Below, in pieces: positions 7,918-16,625 of a stretch of 32,000 nucleotides of DNA. Position numbers and translations under genes: made by a program. How positions within the stretch are numbered: the stretch's first letter is position 1; each line of letters begins with the position of its first letter. Origin of the DNA: Pirellula staleyi DSM 6068 (GTDB lineage Bacteria; Planctomycetota; Planctomycetia; Pirellulales; Pirellulaceae); assembly GCA_000025185.1 (NCBI GenBank), contig CP001848.1, positions 2,670,001 through 2,702,000 on the forward strand. Reading direction: 5' to 3'. The notes below the pieces were generated by a model that was not told the DNA's origin, ran no database searches, and saw nothing but the letters and a program-made list of their open reading frames with translations.

Positions 7918-9633
7918 TCAAACCCAGCGTTTTTTCAGCGACGATTCACTCGCTTCCTCGGCCTGCGCTTGCTTGGCCGACTTCTGCCCCTTGCTGGCGT
8001 TCACTTCAGAACCGGGGGAATAGTCGATCGTTTCGGCGATGGCTCGAGGAGAATTTTCGAGCGGTACACCCGACAGATTGGCCGGCGCTGGTGGAGTGAT
8101 GGGGCCCAGGCCCGAAATGTATTTGCGCCAGCTATCGAGCTGATCGCGCGTCAGGCTGTTCTCACGATTGATCTCGTGACTGAGCGCCCCTTCGGAACCT
8201 TCCACCTGCACGGTGACGGTGAGTCGACCATTTTCTTCATAGCGGAAGCGGACTTCGATGGGCGACTGCGCAGGAAGATTCGTCGGCAAGTTGCGAACCG
8301 AGCATTTGCCGAGCTGGCTGCAATCGTCGGGCGAGGTGCTTTCCCCTTCGACAATCTGCACCAGAATCGATTTCTGCGCTGCCCGCTGCGTCCGAAAAAC
8401 GCGCCGCGCGACAACCGGCAGCGGCGTGTTGCGAGGAATCAGAATGGCATTCCGCGAGCGTTTGGTTTTGGCATCGGTGGCGACGACGCCGAGGCTGTGC
8501 GAGTTGACGTTCCGAATGCGAAACGACGGGCTTTTTCCCTCGTGATGAGCCAGCAGTAGACCGGCGTGCAAAGCGGCACCATGCGCCACCGCTTCATCGG
8601 GCGAGACACTGCAATCGGGCTCTTTGCCCGAGAGTTCGCGGAGCATGTCGACCACCGCTGGCATGCGGCTCGAGCCACCCACCAGCAGCACCCGGTCGAT
8701 ATCGCTCCAGGCGAGTCCCGCCGCGCTCAAGGTTTGCCGCGTGGTGAATGAGGTCCGGACCAGCAAGTCCTGCGTGATCTCGTGGAACGTCTGCCGAGTC
8801 ATCTCGACCCGAATCGCTTTCCCGAGGTAATCGCAAGGAATCGTTACCTTCATGCGGGCCGAAAGTGTTCGTTTGGCTTCTTCGCATTCGCGCGAGAGGC
8901 GACCGAGTGAGTTGGGTTCTTCGCGCGGATCGATGTGGTGCTTCTTCAGGAACTCTTCCGCGACATAGTCGACCAGTCGGCTGTCCCAGTCTTTACCACC
9001 GAGCTGTACATCGCCGTCAGTCGCCAGGGCGTTGAAATTACGCCCGCCGATCTCCATCACCGTGACGTCGAACGTGCCGCCGCCGAGGTCGTAGACCAGG
9101 ATCTTTTTGCGGTCGGTCGTCGAAGCATCAGCCCGCATGAAGCCTTGCTGAAAGCCAAACGCGACAGCAGCGGCGGTTGGCTCGTTGATGATGTCCATCA
9201 CTTCGAAGCCGGCGATATAGCCAGCATCTTGCGTCGCTTTGCGGCGGACTTCGTCGAAGTAGGCCGGGACGGTGATTACCACCTTGTCGAGCTTGCCAAC
9301 CAGTTTCTCGGCATCTTTGCGAAGCTTATTGAGGACCCACGCTTCGAGCGCTTCGGGGGGATATTGCCGACCACCAATCGACTTGTGAAAGAAGCGGCTG
9401 CCGAGGTCGCGTTTGGAGCATTCGGCGACCTGCTCGGCATCGGTGGCGATCGCTTTGGCCGCTTCCTTGCCGACGACGACGTTCTCCCCTTCGAAGAAAA
9501 TCACGCTGGGGGTGATCTTGTCCCCTTCGGCGTTGATGAGCGTTTGTGGTCGCCCTAGATCATCGAGACTGGCGATCACCGAGAAAGTGGTCCCGAGATC
9601 GATCCCCACGGCTGGTGATCGTGAGCTTTTCAT
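7918..9633 (-). CDS. Hsp70 family protein (DnaK paralogue, non-canonical C-terminus)
   Basis: Motifs: AVGIDLGTTFSV, ITVPAYFDE.RRKATQDAG, ILVYDLGGGTFDVTVMEI, VLLVGGSSRMPAV, and a beta-sandwich substrate-binding domain (SLGVVATD...LIPRNTPLP...IVEGES). ATG at 9633 is preferred over GTG at 9651. The tail lacks the helical lid and EEVD. Confidence 0.9.
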   Translation of the reverse strand: MKSSRSPAVGIDLGTTFSVIASLDDLGRPQTLINAEGDKITPSVIFFEGENVVVGKEAAKAIATDAEQVAECSKRDLGSRFFHKSIGGRQYPPEALEAWVLNKLRKDAEKLVGKLDKVVITVPAYFDEVRRKATQDAGYIAGFEVMDIINEPTAAAVAFGFQQGFMRADASTTDRKKILVYDLGGGTFDVTVMEIGGRNFNALATDGDVQLGGKDWDSRLVDYVAEEFLKKHHIDPREEPNSLGRLSRECEEAKRTLSARMKVTIPCDYLGKAIRVEMTRQTFHEITQDLLVRTSFTTRQTLSAAGLAWSDIDRVLLVGGSSRMPAVVDMLRELSGKEPDCSVSPDEAVAHGAALHAGLLLAHHEGKSPSFRIRNVNSHSLGVVATDAKTKRSRNAILIPRNTPLPVVARRVFRTQRAAQKSILVQIVEGESTSPDDCSQLGKCSVRNLPTNLPAQSPIEVRFRYEENGRLTVTVQVEGSEGALSHEINRENSLTRDQLDSWRKYISGLGPITPPAPANLSGVPLENSPRAIAETIDYSPGSEVNASKGQKSAKQAQAEEASESSLKKRWV

Positions 9634-10360
9634 GGAGGCGGTTCTCGGCACGCGGGGTAAAACGGCGGGGCAGAATCTGCAATAGTCCCCATCCTAACTG
9701 GGGAGCGTGGGGGGGACAACAATTCCGACCCGTGCAGGCCCAGGGGAAGCGATTTTTACGGACATTGGGATCGTGCCGGTGGTGCGGCGAGCAAGCGACT
9801 CGGTGAGGAATCGGGGCGCGAATGGTCGATGATGTCGAAGCGACCAGCGCCGGTGCTCCCCGCACGCTGCTGGCCTGAAGAACTCCACGCCACTTGCTGG
9901 CAACCAACTCCCCCCACTGGTTTGGAGCAGCCCGATGTCGGTCGATCTTACGAATGTTGCCCTCGGCCTCGTTTTTCTGGCCGTTTGGGGAATCGTTGCG
10001 CAGATTTGCGCCAGCGGAAAACGTGTCGAAACACGTAATTAGTAGTCCGGCTATCGAGCAATGTCAGTGTCTTTGGGTGGCCCTGCTGGCTTGTCCAGCA
10101 GTGTGAATCGCAGCTGAGAATGACATTGATCGATAGACGAAATAGTAGGGCCGGTTCCACCGGCCAAGAATCGCAAGCTACCTCTGAACTGTGTTGCGCT
10201 GCGCTGAGCACAGCCACCTGTCCGGCGCATGACGTCTACGTGAGCTAGCAGCCTGCTAGTGGCTGCCATGGGGCGATTGATCTTTACCCAGCGCGTGACC
10301 CTTGCTACGCTCCCACCTCAACTAGGCGAAAAGTCGATCGCTGGTCGACTTTTAGACAGG

Positions 10361-11254
10361 ATGAATCTCAGCCGGAAGGACTCGGCGATGCTGGTATCTG
10401 GAGTGACGGTTCGTATCGGAATGCTCGTGGCAGTAGCCCTGCTTTGGGCCGCGCCGCTGACGATGAAAAGCATTACCGCGCAAGAATTTCGGATCGATAC
10501 CGAAGTCTTTGTCGGCGAAGAAACCGAACCGATCGTCGAGTCGCTCACGCTGTTTGCCGACGGTCTGGTCTACGACTTTTTGATCGGTAAGCAGAGCGAA
10601 ACCACTGTCTTCGATCCACATCGGGGAGAGTTCACCCTGCTCGATATCGACCGCCAGGTGCGGGCCGTGGTCAAGACCCAAGATGTGCTCGATTACACGT
10701 TTCAGCTCGAGCAATATGCAGCCCAAGATCCCAACCCGATCTTCGCGGCGGCAGCACAGCCGAACTTCGCGGTGACGCACGAAACGGCGGACGAAAAAGG
10801 GATGAAGGTGAGCTACCTGCGCCTTGCTGGTAAGCCGATTGAATACAGCGCCGTCGGAACGGTTCCCGAGCAGATCGAGAGCGTTCGCTTCTATCGCAAC
10901 TTTGCCGATTGGTATGCCCGACTCAACAGCACCCGCAGTGGCAACTTGCCACCCGGTTCGCGCATGGCGCTCAACAAGGCTCTGGCCGATCACGATCTGC
11001 TGCCGAGCGAAATCACACGAACGATCACCGATGGTGGCCGCTTCTCGAAGAAGCTCGTCGTCCGTAGCACGCATCTTTATAACTGGAAGCTCTCGGGCGA
11101 GGATCGCCGCCAGATCGCGAAGGTGGGTGACCAGATGCGCGATTTCCGCGTCGTCAGTTTCGACGACTACCGCGGGGCAATTGCTCCGGCCGAAGCCTCC
11201 AAGTCCGGCGCAAGCAACAACGCCTCGCGCAGCACCGCACCCACGATGCGTTAA
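10361..11254 (+). CDS. exported hypothetical protein
   Basis: ATG at 10361 is followed by a hydrophobic signal/anchor, VRIGMLVAVALLWAAPLTMKSITAQ. The long ORF has native-like codon usage. No family is recognised. The ORF-track start at 10259 adds an implausible leader. Confidence 0.65.
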   Translation: MNLSRKDSAMLVSGVTVRIGMLVAVALLWAAPLTMKSITAQEFRIDTEVFVGEETEPIVESLTLFADGLVYDFLIGKQSETTVFDPHRGEFTLLDIDRQVRAVVKTQDVLDYTFQLEQYAAQDPNPIFAAAAQPNFAVTHETADEKGMKVSYLRLAGKPIEYSAVGTVPEQIESVRFYRNFADWYARLNSTRSGNLPPGSRMALNKALADHDLLPSEITRTITDGGRFSKKLVVRSTHLYNWKLSGEDRRQIAKVGDQMRDFRVVSFDDYRGAIAPAEASKSGASNNASRSTAPTMR

Positions 11255-11406
11255 GCGGCGGAGCAAACTATATCAATCGCCGAGCGCTGCTGGGCGATTT
11301 CTGCGAATCCACCATTTCTCCTTTTCAAGTGGTGGAACCTCCCCTCCGGTGACATTACGATCTAGGCACTTTTGTGACCTCGATCACTCTCTCCCGGAGT
11401 TTTTTT

Positions 11407-12366
11407 ATGCGCTGCTCACTTGCTGCGTTGCTGCGCGCAACGGTTGTCCTGGGACTTGTCGTTTTCTCTTGCCACACGGCAGAGGGAGAAGAAGTCTCGG
11501 TGAAGAAAAACGAGGCTTCGATCGATGTGCTCGTCGGGGACAAACTCTTCACCACCTATCACTTCAAGTCGGGCGCCAAACCCGTGCTGTGGCCCATTCA
11601 TGGCCCTCACGAACTAGAGATGACGCGCGCTTATCCACTCCGCGAAGGGGACAAAGGAGAAGCGACTGATCACATTCATCAGCGCTCGTTTTGGTTCACT
11701 CACGGCGATGTCGATGGGGTCAGCTTTTGGCACGAGACCGAAGGTCACGGCAACATTGTGCAGAAGGAACTGGTGAAGGCCGAAGGGGGCGACGTGGCCA
11801 CGATCGTCACGAAAAACGATTGGCAAAATGCCACGGGTGAAAAGCTGCTCGAAGACCAACGCACGCTCCGCTTTGGGGTCGATCCTTCCGGCCGCTATAT
11901 CGATTTCGATATCGTGCTGACGGCCAGCGAAAAGGATGTAAAGTTTGGCGACACAAAGGAAGGGATGTTTGGCATCCGTGTAGCTGAGTCGATGCGGGCC
12001 GACATCAAAGATGCCGCGAAAAAAGGGCGTATTTTCAATAGCGAAGGGCAGATCAACGATGCCGCGTGGGGCAAGCCAGCGGCGTGGGTCGACTACAGCG
12101 GACTGGTGAAAGATCAGCAGGTTGGGATTGCGATTTTGAATCATCCCACGAGCTTTCGGCACCCCACACACTGGCATGTCCGGACGTATGGTCTGTTCGC
12201 TGCCAATCCATTTGGTCTCCACGATTTCAAAGCCGTGACCGAAGGGGATGGAAGTCACGTGCTGAAGAAAGGGGAGTCGATTGCGTTTCGCTATCGCGTG
12301 CTCTTTCACGAAGGGGACGAGAAAAAAGGGGACATTGTCTCGGCCTGGAATCGGTATGTGAAGTAA
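11407..12366 (+). CDS. PmoA-family (DUF6807) protein, secreted
   Basis: ATG at 11407 with signal peptide MRCSLAALLRATVVLGLVVFSCHTAEG. Family motifs: KPVLWPIHGP, DHIHQRSFWFTHGDV, FGDTKEGMFGIRVAESM, WGKPAAWVDYSG, HPTSFRHPTHWHVRTYGLFAANPFG. Confidence 0.8.
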   Translation: MRCSLAALLRATVVLGLVVFSCHTAEGEEVSVKKNEASIDVLVGDKLFTTYHFKSGAKPVLWPIHGPHELEMTRAYPLREGDKGEATDHIHQRSFWFTHGDVDGVSFWHETEGHGNIVQKELVKAEGGDVATIVTKNDWQNATGEKLLEDQRTLRFGVDPSGRYIDFDIVLTASEKDVKFGDTKEGMFGIRVAESMRADIKDAAKKGRIFNSEGQINDAAWGKPAAWVDYSGLVKDQQVGIAILNHPTSFRHPTHWHVRTYGLFAANPFGLHDFKAVTEGDGSHVLKKGESIAFRYRVLFHEGDEKKGDIVSAWNRYVK

Positions 12367-12516
12367 CGGGCAGCGCGAGGAACTGGAGGCGAGGGTAGGA
12401 CACACGTACGCTCGTCTCTCCATGGAACTGATCTGGCTGAATGGTTGAGCCTAAATAAATGCGTGTGTCGCTGCGCTCTACTTCCTCTCTTCTTTCTTCG
12501 GTAAGGCATTCTCTCC

Positions 12517-12999
12517 ATGCGCATTACTTGGAATGAATTGACGGTCTCGCCTCAAGGGATCGATTTCGAAATGCTCCTCTCGGAGTGGCGCTGGCTCGTC
12601 GATGTGTCGTACGAACCGGTGGTGATCAGTTCGATGGGGGATCTGTTTTTGCGACACGCCGATGGTCGTGTCTTTTGGATGAGCACCGTCTCGGGACAAC
12701 TGGAAGAGGTCGCGGCGACGGTCGACGACTTCAAACAAAAGATGGTGCAGAAGGAAAATGCGAACACTTGGTTTCAGCCGCAACTGGTGGGAAGCATTCT
12801 GTCGCAAGGCAAACAGCTGAGCGCGGGAGAAGTCTTCAGCCCGTCCGTTCCTCTGGTGCTGGGTGGCTCGTTGGAAGCCGACAACTTTGAAGCGACCGAC
12901 ATGCAGGTGCACTTTGGTATGCTCGGTCAGATTCATCTGCAGGTGCAAGAGCTGCCACCCGGGACCGAGATCGGCGGGATCGAAATCGAAGGGGAGTGA
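12517..12999 (+). CDS. DUF1851 / T6SS-immunity Tdi1 C-terminal-like protein
   Basis: The pattern GDLFLRH.DGRVFW ... QL...LSQGKQLSAGEVFSPSVPLVLGGSLEADNFEATDMQVHFGMLGQI matches my memory of the DUF1851 consensus (GD.., P.L.LGG, N.e, H...LGQ). Codon usage is good. The family call was not verified by search. Confidence 0.45.
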   Translation: MRITWNELTVSPQGIDFEMLLSEWRWLVDVSYEPVVISSMGDLFLRHADGRVFWMSTVSGQLEEVAATVDDFKQKMVQKENANTWFQPQLVGSILSQGKQLSAGEVFSPSVPLVLGGSLEADNFEATDMQVHFGMLGQIHLQVQELPPGTEIGGIEIEGE

Positions 13000-13338
13000 A
13001 GCGAGTGACTGCGCGACCGCTGGAGGGGCGCGCGTGAGCGCGCGCAAGTTGCGCTTTGGCGCAAGTTTTGCGCAGCAAAATGACATTTCAAACGAGGTGT
13101 CACTCAAGATTCGGAGTGACGCCTCACCGGGCATGCGACCCGAGCATCGCGCGACGGAATAACCATCACGTCGTCTTCGCGAACTTCTTAAACTTCGCAG
13201 TCTTCCTATTCATACAAGTCGCACTGAATTGCCGATAGGTAATTCTGCCGACAATCATCTCAGGCTGCCTAGCTTACCCCCACAGCGCAGCCTTCTACGG
13301 CCCTCGAATCATCCCGCGCCAAGGAGTTCTGCGCGACC

Positions 13339-13635
13339 ATGACAATGCACTCCCTCCAGATCGGTGACCTCAGTGACTTGCGACACTACGTTCACCACAC
13401 CCTGTGCGACTTACATCAATTGGAACTGGGAGCTTTTGAAATCACTGAACGAATGCTGGTACGCGGCGATCAACCTTGCGGCATTTTCTTTTGCCTGCAC
13501 GGTCCTCGCAGTGTGAAGCTGACCGCCATCTGGGAAACCGATCGGAACACCGTGCTGTTCTACGGTTCGACCGGCGAGCGGATTCAGAAGACGCAGTTGG
13601 TCCGAGCTCCCAAGCTCGCATGCGTCGCAGCCTAG
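13339..13635 (+). CDS. small hypothetical protein (98 aa)
   Basis: ATG at 13339 is preceded by AAGGAG (13321-13326). Codon usage is acceptable. No family is recognised. Confidence 0.5.
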   Translation: MTMHSLQIGDLSDLRHYVHHTLCDLHQLELGAFEITERMLVRGDQPCGIFFCLHGPRSVKLTAIWETDRNTVLFYGSTGERIQKTQLVRAPKLACVAA

Positions 13636-13834
13636 TCTTCCTCACCAGGAAGGCGGGCAGGTTGGTTAGACAAGCTAGAGAAGACGACGAACTGCCCCGA
13701 GCCGAGATAGCCGAGCATGCCCTGCCAACAGCATGCCGGCCTTGGCAGCCGAGCAGTTCCCAAACTTGGATTCACAAAAATAACGCAAACTTAAGAAAGC
13801 CAGCCACTTACGAGTGGCCACGGAGGGCAAGCCC

Positions 13835-14032
13835 ATGCTGGTGTTATCACGTAAAGAAGCCGAACGGATCCGCGTTGGAGATTCGATCATCGTGACGGTT
13901 GTGCGAGTTTCGGGGGACAAGGTTCGTTTGGGGATCGAGGCTCCGCCGAACGTGCTGGTGTTGCGGGAAGAGCTTCAGCCGCACGAACTGGCTGCTGCCA
14001 AGGAACTTACGACCATCGAGATCGATGGCTAG
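13835..14032 (+). CDS. csrA: carbon storage regulator CsrA
   Basis: MLVLSRKEAERIRVGDSIIVTVVRVSGDKVRLGIEAPPNVLVLREEL is the canonical CsrA core. ATG at 13835 is preceded by GGAGGG (13822-13827). The ORF-track GTG at 13814 is not needed. Confidence 0.9.
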   Translation: MLVLSRKEAERIRVGDSIIVTVVRVSGDKVRLGIEAPPNVLVLREELQPHELAAAKELTTIEIDG

Positions 14033-14496
14033 TCGTCCCTTCCGGCCAGCCTCGAGAGTGGCCTGGTCGGTCGTTCCTCCCCTCAGTGATTCCTGGCCAC
14101 GTCGCGCCGATATGTGGCCGACAAATCGCCTTAAGTATTTGCCTGAGAATCTGTTAGGTGGTCTCTCTAACAGTCTTGGCAAGTGGGGCGAGTGGTGAAT
14201 CAGCCATGGGGGCCAGTGGCAGTTTGGCGTTGATCGGCCAAGGCGAAGTTTGACACCGACGGTATCGTCCCCCCTTCCGATAGCCGTCGGACCGACTTCC
14301 CTGGCAAGTCTAGCGATGCGTGCACACCTGACCGCAGAAGCAATGGGAGTCGTTGCAGATTGGTGATCGGTCGAGCCGGCCGACTTATTGCCAGTTGTGT
14401 GATGGCTGATTGTGGATGCGGAACATTCGCTGGCGGGTCCCCGCTGGCACTGGCCCCTGACCGGGAAATTCTTGAAAAATTGATAACCCATCAAGT

Positions 14497-14525
14497 TTGA
14501 CAACTGCGTTGGGAGTCGATAATCT
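14497..14525 (+). promoter_or_regulatory. candidate sigma70-like promoter (TTGACA-N17-TAATCT, or GATAAT with N15)
   Basis: TTGACA at 14497-14502; TAATCT at 14520-14525 (GATAAT at 14518-23). It lies in the ORF-free gap about 330 bp upstream of the DUF1501 gene. Motif match only; planctomycete promoters are poorly defined. Confidence 0.25.
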
Positions 14526-14854
14526 CTGTGGATGTGGAAGGGCGCGTTCCCGGCCACAATCGGCGTGATGATGCTGTCTTCTGTCCCTCCCAGGATCCTC
14601 TCCTGACGGCTAGCTTCACGCTCGAACGCATGTTCTATCCCGCCTTGGTTGCAGAGTTTGCGAGCTTTTCCTCGTAGGCATGATTGTTCCCAGCGGACAA
14701 TTGTGGACTCGATTTCTCGTAACCAGCTGCTTGATGGCGACATAGTATGTGCTGAGAATTATGTCCTGAGGGATCTTGTTCTCACACTCAGCGCTTTAGC
14801 CTCGAACACAACCCGCCCGAATATCCCACCGAACGAAATACCTGGAGTCTTCCG

Positions 14855-16159
14855 ATGACCTGCAGTGGAAATCGCTTGAGCCGCCGCAACATGCTCACTG
14901 TCGGCGCAGTTGGTGGCCTTGGTCTTTCGCTGGCCAACTTCTTCGAGATGCGAAGTGCCCAAGCGGAAATCAAGAACTACGACTTCATTCAGGCCAAGGC
15001 CCAGAGTGTGATCCATATCTACCTGCCCGGTGGTATGGCCCATCAAGAGTCGTTCGATCCCAAGCCTTATTCGCCGATCGAATATCGCGGCGAACTCAAC
15101 CCGATCAAGACCAACACGGGCGATATCTTCAGCGAAACGCTCCCGAAGCTTTCGCAGCTGGCCGACAAGCTGGCGGTTATCCGCTCGATGACGCACGGTG
15201 AAGCTGCCCACGAACGTGGCACGCACAACATGTTCACCGGCTATCGCCCCAGCCCAGCTTTGACGTTCCCCAGCATGGGAAGCGTGGTGAGCCACGAATA
15301 TGGCCCTCGCAACAACTTGCCTCCTTACGTTTGCGTTCCTGGCGTCCCCAATGAATATGCCAGCAATGGCTATTTGAGTTCGTCCTACGCTCCGTTTAGC
15401 CTCGGCAGCGATCCAGCCAACGGTGGATTCAAGGTGCTCGACCTGAACCTGCCTGGCGACGTGAATGAAGCTCGCTTTGCTCGCCGCCGCTCGGCACTCG
15501 AAGCAGTGAACGACTACTTCGTGAAGAAGGACAAGTCCGACAACGTTGGTGCGATGAACACGTTCTACGATCGTGCTTACAGCCTGATCAGCTCGCCGCA
15601 AGCTCGCGAAGCGTTCAATATCGATGCCGAGCCAGCTGCTCTGCGTGATGAATACGGTCGCAACACCGCCGGTCAGCGGATGCTGATGGCCCGCCGGTTG
15701 GTGGCTGCTGGTGTTCGTTTTGTGACCCTCACCTATGGTGGTTGGGACATGCACGACAACATCACCGCTGGCATGAAGAACCAAATGCCATCGCTCGATC
15801 AAGGTTTGTCGGCTCTGATTTCGGATCTCGACCGTCAAGGTCTCCTCGCCAGCACCTTGGTGCTCGTGTCGAGCGAATTCGGTCGTACGCCAAAGATCAA
15901 CCAGACGGCTGGTCGCGATCACTGGCCTAAGGTGTTCAGCGTGATGATGGCTGGTGGTGGTATCAAGGGTGGCATGATCTACGGTGCCAGCAACAGCACC
16001 GCTTCGGAACCCGACAGCGACCCTGTTGGTCCAGAAGATCTGGCCACGACTGTATATCACCAGCTCGGCATTGTGGCTGACAAGGAACTGATGGCTCCCG
16101 GTGATCGCCCGATCGAAATCGTCGACGGTGGCAAGATCATCGAGCCACTCATCTCGTAA
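14855..16159 (+). CDS. DUF1501 domain protein (sulfatase/alkaline-phosphatase-like fold), TAT-exported
   Basis: GGAG sits 7 nt upstream of ATG 14855. Twin-arginine signal: SRRNMLTVGAVGGLGLSLANF. Family motifs: IHIYLPGGMAHQESFDPKP, IRSMTHGEAAHERG, TLTYGGWDMHDN, SSEFGRTP, GRDHWPKVFSVMMAGGGIKGG. Confidence 0.9.
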   Translation: MTCSGNRLSRRNMLTVGAVGGLGLSLANFFEMRSAQAEIKNYDFIQAKAQSVIHIYLPGGMAHQESFDPKPYSPIEYRGELNPIKTNTGDIFSETLPKLSQLADKLAVIRSMTHGEAAHERGTHNMFTGYRPSPALTFPSMGSVVSHEYGPRNNLPPYVCVPGVPNEYASNGYLSSSYAPFSLGSDPANGGFKVLDLNLPGDVNEARFARRRSALEAVNDYFVKKDKSDNVGAMNTFYDRAYSLISSPQAREAFNIDAEPAALRDEYGRNTAGQRMLMARRLVAAGVRFVTLTYGGWDMHDNITAGMKNQMPSLDQGLSALISDLDRQGLLASTLVLVSSEFGRTPKINQTAGRDHWPKVFSVMMAGGGIKGGMIYGASNSTASEPDSDPVGPEDLATTVYHQLGIVADKELMAPGDRPIEIVDGGKIIEPLIS

Positions 16160-16625
16160 GAGTGCATGCATCGATCGTTCTGCCAAGCGAATGCTCTTGA
16201 GCTGAGCTTGCTTGCGGAATAAATCGATTACGAATCGGATCGCTCTTGCTAGAGGCAGTAGAGCGGTCGGGGCTGGCCACGCTAGCCCGAAGTTCTCTCA
16301 CAGCGGTTGGCGGCCGAGCGCTACCAGCCGCTGTCTTCTCGAAGGATCGGGATGGAGCCGAAAAATGGCTCTTTAGCCTCGGAAAATGCTGCAGAAATTC
16401 AGCATTCTCGACTACACTAGATGTACTTCCTGTGCATGAGTTCCCCGTGCTCGGTGGTTTTGCTCCAAGAGCAAGGCGTTTTGAGCATCCCCGCCACGAA
16501 CTCCCACCCAACCTTCTGACCAACGTTCCGAAATCGAACCGGCGCGATTGTCGTAGCAAACCCTGCTGCGCCCCGCTGCTCGCTTTCGAAAGCCGCTTGA
16601 TCCGACTTCGGAGTCTGCTGCCAAC

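Noticed and set aside
13847-14743. 298-aa minus-strand ORF covering most of the csrA-DUF1501 gap and all of csrA in antisense.
   Set aside because: It uses TTA, CTA, ATA, AGA, AGG and CGA codons that confident genes in this window avoid. Third-position GC is only about half, by my rough count. It has no motifs. It would have to overlap csrA completely. An ORF of this length is not wildly improbable by chance in a sequence of this composition.
14340-14854. Possible CsrB-like sponge RNA, based on GGA density next to csrA.
   Set aside because: I counted 12 GGA in about 510 nt, against a rough composition-based expectation of 8-9. That is not an enrichment. It is kept only as a low-confidence idea within the finding on the gap.
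14759-16186. 475-aa minus-strand ORF antisense to the DUF1501 gene. The same type occurs at 437-1399(-), 1827-2657(-), 5092-6057(-), 10352-11266(-) and 11614-12423(-).
   Set aside because: These are Arg/His/Gly-rich, low-complexity translations with no recognisable motifs. Each lies exactly opposite a gene with strong family signatures. They are typical shadow ORFs caused by GC-rich third codon positions on the true strand.
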